Notes under the pieces: model-generated
Seen by the model: the letters and a program-made list of their open reading frames with translations, nothing else
Databases searched by the model: none
Told to the model about the DNA's origin: nothing
In this document: piece after piece, positions 62,567-64,000 of the stretch
Numbering within the stretch: the first letter of the stretch is position 1
How the letters are laid out: each line of letters opens with the position of its first letter
From: Dipteris shenzhenensis
Taxonomy: Eukaryota
Strand: one strand, 5' to 3'
DNA length: 64,000 nt
Assembly (NCBI GenBank): GCA_047967505.1
Contig: CM106538.1
Translations under genes and position numbers: made by a program

Positions 62567-64000
62567 GGAGCTGCTCCTCTCCCCGTGAGCTCTGCTGCCC
62601 CCCCCCCCTCCCCTCTCAGCCAGCCCCTTCTCCCTCTCTCTCACCCTCGCTGCCCCCCTCTCCCTCCCCTCGCCAGCCCCCTCTCCCTCTCTCCTCACTA
62701 GCCTCCTCTCCCTCCTCCCTCACCCTCCTGCTCCCTTTCCTCCTCCCCGCCCTCCCTCTCCTCCACCTGCCAGCCCCCCCGTCCCCCTCCTCCACCCCCG
62801 CCCCTTCCCTCCTCCTCCCCCGCTCACCCCCTCCCCCTCCGCCAGCCCCCCCTCCCTCCCCGCCAACCCCTCTCCCCCCTCCCTCAACCTCCCGCTCCCC
62901 TTCCTCCTCCCCGCCCTCCCTCTCCTCCACCCGCCAGCCCCCCCACCCCCTCCCTCCTTCTCCCCCGCCCTCCCTCTCACCTTACTCGCCTTCCCTCTCC
63001 CACCCGCCCCCTCCCCCCGCACCCTGCCCCCTCCTTTCCTCTTCCCCACCCACCCTCTCCCTCCCAGCTACTCCTTCCTCCAGCGCCCGTGTTTCAGGAC
63101 GTCCTAGGCAGAATATTCACGGACGGAACTTTTAGTGTTTGAATTGGCCTTTTCACATCGATTGTTGAATGGATCCCCACTCAGCCAATCTTCATCCACT
63201 TCCACCGGCCGCGAGAACCGTCATTTTTTCAGAAGACGAGTTGGAGTAGCTCAAGAAAGATGTGGAACTAGAGGGCTCCACATCATTTTTTACCCGCATC
63301 TTTGGATCACACCCTTCTAGATCACAAGCTAGCGATTGGATGCTGGCGGCGTTACCAAGAGATCTCGCCCCACACCTCAGAGATGTTCGACTTTTGGGAC
63401 GTGGATTCTTCCAAGTGGTTTTCGACTCCCACGAGTCCACAGCCCTTGTTCTCAAAGCTAATCCTTTGGCTTTGCGTTCGAGGAGGATTTTTCTTTTTCC
63501 CTACACCTTGGGCTTCGATACGATCGAGGAGGACAGTCAGGTCACATCACTGTTCATTATATTTCCTGGTCTCCTCAGGTCTACCATCGACTTCTTGCTA
63601 CTATCAGAGCCACATTCGGAGTGGTCACAGAGATCGTCCCCTTTCCTGGCATGCCTTCTTCCTCGGCAGAGGCAGTCAGGGCAGACGGGGTGCCTCGAGT
63701 TAGGGTCATTGTCTCTGACCCTAACATCTCAGATGACCACATCATGCTTCAGCGCCCAGATGGTTCTCTCTTTTGACAGAGAGTCGAGATTGCAGGTAGA
63801 CAGGACCAGTGCAGGATTTGCAAGACCCTTGGGCATTTTGCTAGAGATTGCCCAAGGAAGAGAAAAAGACCCAAGAGGTCTTCTGGTGCGGCTCCTTCAC
63901 GTACTACCCCAACTGCACTTCCCCACCGCCCTGTACCACGCACTCCAAGACCACCAGGAGCAGCAGGGCGCCCTGCTTCGTGCACCCCAGGACCACCAAG
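62567..64000 (+). mobile_element. 5' part of another diverged LINE (C-rich 5' UTR and disrupted ORF1 from ~63169), running off the window
   Basis: Starts GGAGCTGCT (cf. GGAACTGCT at 54527); RIFGSHPSRSQASDWMLAALP, LGRGFFQVVF, CRICKTLGHFARDCP. Confidence 0.9.

Overview
Eukaryotic, land-plant-type genomic DNA (GT-AG introns, (TG)n/(TC)n microsatellites, plant retrotransposon families) that is mostly nested, decayed retroelements around one intact-looking host gene. 1.1-13.8 kb: a modular ~1.7-kb tandem repeat interrupted by a full-length, decayed Ty3/Gypsy element (2220-11303, minus strand, non-chromovirus Athila/Tat-like). A solo LTR of the same family lies at 14.2-15.2 kb. 17.9-20.4 kb: a five-exon amidase-signature gene. 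24-31 kb: pieces of a second ~2-kb LTR family plus an internally deleted relative of the Gypsy element. 31-64 kb: about ten L1-type LINE copies or fragments (several subfamilies) nested with two copies of one Ty1/Copia family. Most notable: the Gypsy element's own pol RNase H has lost its catalytic carboxylates, while an archaeal-type RNase H (aRH) plus CCHC knuckle sits in a separate ORF upstream of gag. The element also has a tRNA-His-like, apparently multipartite PBS and non-CA LTR ends. The LINE family has an (L/V)ADD RT motif, an AUGA ORF1/ORF2 overlap and a conserved three-hairpin 3' UTR. All homology calls are by eye and no database searches were run.
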